A stretch of DNA of 63,397 nucleotides, filler included, from Octopus bimaculoides (Eukaryota), in NCBI RefSeq assembly GCF_001194135.2. It is 6 parts of 6 records of this genome, joined end to end, with 100 filler letters (N's around TTAATTAATTAA, not from the genome) between each part and the next. Parts side by side here need not be neighbours in the genome. Positions count along the whole stretch, not along the records: positions 48,194 to 61,222 come from NC_068984.1; positions 61,323 to 63,397 come from NC_068981.1; 4 more parts are not named here. One strand, written 5' to 3'. Positions 57,080 to 63,397 of the stretch are shown here, piece by piece. The stretch's first letter is position 1; each line of letters starts with the position of its first letter. The notes under the pieces were generated by a model. The model did no database searches. It was not told the DNA's origin and was given only the letters and a program-made list of their open reading frames with translations. The position numbers and the translations under genes are program-made.

Positions 57080-57292
57080 ACCTGATCTTAGATACCATGA
57101 TGGCTAATAAACAACTTGCTGAAGAAAATAGAGAGAAAGTGAAAGAAACACTACTCAGTCGTCATCGGCATCAACATGAAAAACGTTATCGCAAACCCGA
57201 AGAATCAGGGAGTAAACTCCATCTTCCAATCATCAGATCTTTGGCTGACATTGGCAAAAAATATTCAGAACCCAAAAATTTGGGCCAACATG
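57080..57292 (+). CDS. SLC4A8/SLC4A10-like: SLC4 transporter, internal exon C
   Basis: Acceptor gtttaacag|, donor |gtaaat, 213 nt, phase 1 to 1. Encodes DLILDTMMANKQLAEENREKVKETLLSRHRHQHEKRY...LPIIRSLADIGKKYSEPKNLGQH (conserved RHRHQH and PIIRSLADIGKK). Confidence 0.95.
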
Positions 57293-58644
57293 GTAAATAT
57301 AAGTGATTTATTGAATTGCTAATCAATAATATTGTGGGATATTCTTTTGATTTGTAAAAACTGTAGATTCAAAGTTCCTTTCTGTTCACTTTTCTCTGTA
57401 TGTATTTATCTCTTTCAGACATGTCTTTATTCTAATGAATAATAAATTTATTTTCTTTCTCTTTTCTCTTATAATACATCAGCTTGGGAATAGGCAAACT
57501 TCTGTCTGAATTGTGGATGCTGTGATGTAATGTTTATCTTTCAGTTAATTATGGAAGAATGCATTCTCTATACATCTGATAGGGCACACAAACTGGTACT
57601 CGGAAAATCCTCTGAAGCTGAAGGTGTACCAAGCAAGCTTTTCTGATTGCTAGAAATTTTTTATGGTTCAGCTTGTTTAGTCAAATTCAGATATCAAACA
57701 ACCAGTTATTTGAGATGCTGTTGGACAAGATTTTGTCCTCTCGCCCCAACTATACACTGTAATTTTTAATAAAATAATTCCTAAGCGTTGAACTCAGAGC
57801 AAGGCAAACTATTTGGGTAACTAAATAGGGGGAGTGAATTAACTCTCTTCTTGTCCAAAACATTTCATAAATTTTTCCGTCCTTGTTTTCAGACTTTTAG
57901 TTTGCTCTTACTTCATATATTCTGAGTAATATAAAGCTTTCCTTTCATAAGTCCCAATCTGTGTGTTACATGTGATTCACTGGGCAGGCATAAGGTTAAA
58001 GGAAACACACCCTAAGATCACTATTAGGTAGATTTTCATGTTCTTCCTCTCAACAGTAACTCAGGTATTCAGTCACTCAAAATGAATAACCGGTAAAAGT
58101 ATCATTCGTCAGAAATCTTTTAAATTTGATCTATGAAGCTCTGAAAGGTACTGTGATAAGAAATTAAATTTCATGCTGATCATGTGTTTGGGGTGGAAAA
58201 TACATGTGTGGATAATAGTAAACTTAACTTTATCTCTACTTCCTTCTATTGAAAATATAGAGTAAGTGGTGAGAGAAACAATATTCATTAGAATGAAGAA
58301 ATGTATCAAAAGAAAGAGAAAGTGAAGAGAAAGACACTTGTTTAAACAACCTTGTCATTGCAAAGCAGTATATATTTGGTGAACGAAAGAATAAGATATG
58401 GAAAATTTGTTTCCCGTCTGTGCTGCATCACAGTTTATTGAATCTTGTAACACTGCAGACTCCTACGATAATCAGCGGTAGAGTAAAGTGACTATACATC
58501 AAAAACTAGCTGCTTCATATATATCATGACCAGCAAAACATAACCAGTTTGAAAATTTACAAGTTTCTGCAGTGAAGAAAATAGCTCAATTTGTTTAAAT
58601 TAATTTTTAGTAGCTTGAGTTCTAAAGTAAAAATCTCTTTTCAG

Positions 58645-58799
58645 ACACTAAGCTTGGTACAAAAAGTACTCCAAATTTAGGACTGGTTCGGAATAATACC
58701 TCTGCTGGCATTTCAGGGACATCACCAACCAGTAGTACTCTGCAGCCAAGTCCGTCATTCTCCAATAGTGATCTCCCCGAAGTTCCTTCATCCCACAAG
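58645..58799 (+). CDS. SLC4A8/SLC4A10-like: SLC4 transporter, Ser/Thr/Pro-rich variable-region exon D
   Basis: Acceptor tctcttttcag|, donor |gtgagt, 155 nt, phase 1 to 0, which exactly bridges exons C and E. Open frame DTKLGTKSTPNLGLVRNNTSAGISGTSPTSSTLQPSPSFSNSDLPEVPSSHK. Not recognisable by homology; supported by phase and splice sites. Confidence 0.85.
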
Positions 58800-59555
58800 G
58801 TGAGTCTGTCCAAGTTTTAACTGATTATTCCTGACAGCTGTTTTATCTGCCGCTTATTCTAACTTAACCCATAAACTGCTGGGATTTTGCTGTATGTAAC
58901 ACGAACTGCTGAGCCTATTTTAGGTAAAGATCAACATCGATCTATCACTTGAAAAAAATACTCAGTGTTTCTTAACACCTTCTGTGATTTGGCTACACTG
59001 TTTCTGGGGTGAAAGGGTATTGTGTGCATACATTATACGTCATCAAAATTAGGTCAGATCATGCCCTACTTCCGTGGCCACGAACGTGGCCTGTCGCACT
59101 GTCATGTTGGCCACAGAGGTGGCCCATTGCAGTTTATGGGTTAAATATTCATGGGTCAATAAGTCCACTTCTTTGAAGTTGCTCAACTTTCTAAATAATA
59201 ACAGCCAATTTTCCTTCAACTAATACTTGACCATATTTAAAGGAGAATGACATTGTATAATGTGGTCCTAAGTGTACTATATCTGAGAATAAGATGGGAT
59301 GGTCTTAGCTGGAATGTCTTTGTTCATAGGTTTTATTGATGTCAGGTTAAAACAACAACTTAAATATTCACTCTTAACTGTAGAATATAAATTTCATTAC
59401 TTTTGAAACACAAGAAATTCCTGTAATTAAATAACTATATAAGTCATTACATGTGAATGTGTATATCTTTATATATGTGGGATAGAAGAATATTATACCT
59501 AATAAATGAATTTCATTTTCATATTGAATTGATATTTTCTTCTTTTTATTTTCAG

Positions 59556-59801
59556 ATTAATATGCATTTCATGAAGAAGATTCCTCAAGGTGCAGAGTCT
59601 GCTAACATTTTGGTTGGAGAAGTAGATTACCTAAATCATCAGGTGTCAGGGTTTATACGTCTCAACAAGGCTATTATTCTGGGAGATTTGACTGAAGTTC
59701 CTGTACCAACAAAATTTGTCTTTTTCTTGCTGGGCCCCTTAGGAAATAGCAACAAATACCATGAAATTGGACGTTCTATCGCTACACTCATGTCAGATGA
59801 G
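59556..59801 (+). CDS. SLC4A8/SLC4A10-like: SLC4 transporter, internal exon E
   Basis: Acceptor tttttattttcag|, donor |gttagt, 246 nt, phase 0 to 0. Encodes [26 protein letters not shown]...[37 protein letters not shown] (conserved SLC4 block). Confidence 0.97.
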
Positions 59802-60900
59802 GTTAGTCTGATTTTCAGTTGTTTTAATTTGAAGTTTTGTGTGTATGCTTGACAACTGGTAGATGTAAACTGAAAGAAGCCTGTCATATGTGTGTGTGTG
59901 TGTGTGTGAGACTTTGTGTCTGTGTTTGTTCACCCCACCCCCACTGCTTGGTGACTGGTGTTGGTGTATTTACATCTCTGTAACTTAGTAGTTCAGCAAA
60001 ACAGACTGATAGAATAAGTACCAGGTTTAACAAAATGGTAAGTACTGGGGTCAATTCATTCGGCTAAAAAGTCTTCAAGGTGGTGCCCCAGCATGGCCGC
60101 AGTCTAATGACTGAAACAAGTAAAGGTAAAAGAAAAGATCATAGAAGTCTTGAAGCTACAAAATAATGCATGATTAATTCAAAACAGTGTAAATGAATAA
60201 AGCTAGGTGGTTGGCGTTAGGAAGGGCATCCAGCCGTAAAAACCCAACCAAAACAGACTCAGAAGTCTGATGCAGGCTCCTATCTGGCTGGCTGGCTCTT
60301 GTTGAACTGTTCAACCCATGCTAGAATGGAAAGTATACGTTTGGCTGAGTAATTCTGAATGTTAAAGATTTAAGTTATTAACTAATTAGTTTATGTACCA
60401 ATGCTGTAAATTAATGATAAGCTCTTGGAAATCTGAGTTTGCAGTTAAACCACTTCACTTACTCTAAGATTATTGATATAAGCAAAATCAAGCTCCTCGA
60501 CAAAATGAAGCGTTGCCGTGCTAGAGTCAGATGTAAAGGGGGAGCTACTCTAATATTAAATCTGATACTTGTGCTAAGTTCAAATTTGAAGGGAAGCTAC
60601 TCTAGTATTCAATCTGAAACCATTATCCTCAATCGACGTCAAAGCTGCTTTCTGATATTTGGCATTAATATGATTTAGGCTGAATGTTATAGTGTGCGAC
60701 AAGCATCCACTCTCCTCTGCTTATCCATTACTATTCAATTCTAGTTGATAGTAATATCTGGAGTTCTTTCCCTAGATTCTTCTGATGATATACAGTTTGT
60801 CGTTGACATCTTTCATTCAATTAGTTAAAAAAAATAGTTTTTCAATCTACGACATTAAGAAGAGTAGCTTGTGCTTTGTTAATTAATACTTTATATACAT

Positions 60901-60935
<35 letters not shown>

Positions 60936-61846
60936 CATACATGATGATGGCCGTCCACTCGTGACCGAGGAAGACCATTGCTGACCTTCAGGAACATTCT
61001 GCGCTCTAGTACTAACTTACATTTTGCATTTACGGCTCTGTTGGTGGCTAATGAGCCCTGCTCTTGATAAACATACACAACTGCAAACATTGCAGATTAA
61101 GCTTTCCCCATTCACTATACGAGCCGTGCACTTTCGCGCAGCTCGCTTAAATTCTTCATGCTGAATATGTGCTCTCTCAAAAGTGTTGATCCCCTCCTTA
61201 ACCTGCTTCCTCCATCTGTAGCNNNNNNNNNNNNNNNNNNNNNNNNNNNNNNNNNNNNNNNNNNNNTTAATTAATTAANNNNNNNNNNNNNNNNNNNNNN
61301 NNNNNNNNNNNNNNNNNNNNNNAATATTCTACCAATCCACAATATACTGAGAAGCACTGCATTAGAATATTGGGATAAAATGCTGTGGTTCTCAACCATT
61401 TTGTAACTATGACCTTCTTTCATTCCTATTTTACCCTACTGGACTTCATAGCTATTTGTCATTAAAAAAATCCTATTACATCATCATCGTCGTCGTTGTC
61501 GTCATCATCATCATCATCATCGTCATCATTTAACATCTGCTTTCCTGGTTGAGAATCACTGCTCAAATGTCCTTTGCAGATTCAGGCAAAAGGAACTTCC
61601 CTCAATACTTATTAGACTAAAATATTTTGCCCTTCAGCATTTAAACTGACCATATTTGGCCTCTCACATCTACCCTACAATAAGTAATCTGTTGTGGCAA
61701 GAGCCATTGACACCCCTAGCAGATTGGAGAATGGACTAGCCCAACTCTTATATTAAAAGGAGAAGTTGGTAGTAGCAAGGGAGAGCATTTTGGTAGTTTC
61801 ACAAAGTACGTCGTGGGGACACATTGATTAAACCTCCTCTACATTC

Positions 61847-61985
61847 TGACGGATATTTGTCCTCATCTTGTTTGTTGTTAACACAACGTTTCGGCTGATA
61901 TACCCTCCAGCCTTCATCAGGTGTCTTGGAGAAATTTCGAACCTGGGCTCTCATTCCTAAGGTATTTTTCGATGTTGTTGTTGTC

Positions 61986-62046
<61 letters not shown>

Positions 62047-62188
62047 TCACTGCCTGGAATCAAACTCGGAATCTTGGGGTTAGTAGCCTGTGCTCTTAAC
62101 CAGTACGCCATATGCCCGTGGGCTTTTATTTACATTTGATGGATATTTGTCCTCATCTTGTTTGTTGTTAACACAACATTTCGGCTGA
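61847..62188 (-). mobile_element. tRNA-headed SINE / retrozyme-like element with hammerhead ribozyme and 52-nt terminal direct repeat
   Basis: 61847-61898 matches 62137-62188 with 2 mismatches (period 290). tRNA-like head at 62045-62117 with A box TGGCGTACTGG and B box GTTTGATTC, (AAT)n at about 61975-62042, hammerhead core at 61880-61925. Confidence 0.75.
61880..61925 (-). ncRNA. Minimal type I hammerhead ribozyme motif (Penelope/retrozyme type), intact core
   Basis: GACAC-CUGAUGA-A-GGCUG(10-nt loop)CAGCC-GAAA-CG-UU^GUGUU: stem I 4 bp + G-U, stem II 5 bp, palindromic ACGU stem III. Confidence 0.7.
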
Positions 62189-63060
62189 CAATGTAAATAA
62201 TGTACATAATTCCTCATCTCTTAAATATAGAATTGTATTACCTAATTTTATGTCTACCAACCTGCAGCAGAATATAAAAGAAAGTCACATCATCGAAATT
62301 TCAAGGCTACAAAATAATGCATGATTAATTCAAAGCAATGTGATTAAATAAGCATTAACATTTGACAGAGTAATCTAGATGCTAGAAGGTTAAAATCAAC
62401 CTGATTAATGATTGATCAATATCTTTGTGACATTTCCCTCATGTTATTGTTCATAACCTTTTTAAACAAACCCGCACAAGTCTTCAAGCTGATCTGGTTT
62501 CAACAGAGGCACGGAGAAAACCTTCTCCAATTATGTTACACTATATGACCTTCTCTACTTCATGATCACCCATCAACCTCAGATGATGGATTTCAAACTG
62601 ACACTAAACACTTATTGCCTGTCCATATCTGTCATGACCAATGGTGTTGGTCTTTTTTTTTTTTATTAAATCTGACTCGATCTATAATTTCTGGTTTATT
62701 TCTAACTTTTATTTATTATTTAAAAAAAAATTTCTATTGGAGTTTAATTCACTGGTTTTGTCTCCACATAAATAATTGATCTTAATTAAGACACACAAGG
62801 TCAGTAATTTTTAAAGGGATGTCTTGCAAGTTACTTGGTGACCCTGTCAGTGCAGGGACTGCATAAAAAGCATCCCATTCAAATTAAAGTGGTTGGCATT
62901 TGGAAGGGCATCCAGCCGTAAAAACCTTGCCGAAACTGACCTCTCCTGTGCTTGTACCATGGTAAAAGCACTAAGTCCACTCTGCTGAGTGGTTGGTGTT
63001 AGGAAGGGCATCCAGCTGTAAAAACCCTGCTAAAACGGACACAGAAGTCTGAAACAGTTT

Positions 63061-63260
63061 TTTTAAATCCAGAATCCTTGTCTGGTACTGGATCGATCCC
63101 CAAATCTAATCAGTTTGTGCCAGTCACGAGGCCAAAACATTCCTGAAAGTTTCATTCGAATCCATCCAGCGGTTCTTGAGATATCTTGTTCACGGACAAA
63201 CAAACAAACAAACACGACTGAAAACAATACCTCCGCCTTTCGTAAGGCAGAGGTAATAAA
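63061..63260 (-). mobile_element. Helentron-associated non-autonomous element (HINE/DINE-1-like); related piece at about 28890-29140
   Basis: Minus strand TTATTACCTCTGCC-ttacgaaa-GGCGGAGGTA hairpin followed by a (GTTT)n microsatellite. Shares gaatccttgtctggtac...ctaatcagt with 29075-29140. Confidence 0.6.
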
Positions 63261-63397
63261 GAACAAATACTGCTAAGCATTATTCCAATGCTTTAACAAT
63301 TCTGCCAACTCTTCATCATCATCTTCACCACTGCCACCACTATCAACGCCACCACCGCTGCCACCACCACCACTGCCACCACCACCATCACCACCAC

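Overview
AT-rich, microsatellite- and SINE-dense animal genomic DNA from a gapped draft assembly. The repeat families look to me like octopus (coleoid cephalopod) repeats; that is recall, not a database result. There are two well-supported protein-coding genes. (1) A complete, intronless cytoplasmic poly(A)-binding protein gene on the minus strand (21655-23547, 630 aa, 4 RRMs + MLLE). It has a TOP/TCT-like start, a YY1-like motif and an A-rich 5'UTR tract, and lies in a region almost free of transposons. (2) Five consecutive in-phase GT-AG exons (49832-59801, + strand) of an SLC4 Na+-coupled bicarbonate transporter (NDCBE/NCBE-like N-terminal cytosolic domain), whose 5' and 3' exons were not found here. 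The rest is decayed mobile DNA: at least three tRNA-derived SINE families, RTE, L1/Tx1 and R4/Dong LINE fragments, DD37D and mariner remnants, TTAA MITEs, Helentron-type HINEs and a tRNA-Ala pseudogene. The most interesting observations are a 290-nt retrozyme-like unit (pol III tRNA head plus an intact minimal hammerhead ribozyme, with a 52-nt terminal redundancy) at 61847-62188, five more Penelope-type hammerhead-like motifs, a nest of R4/Dong fragments in (TAA)n, a candidate restorative Q/R editing site in PABPC, and a candidate in-phase alternative first exon for the SLC4 gene. Five N44-TTAATTAATTAA-N44 linkers are artificial scaffold joins, so long-range gene arrangement is provisional.
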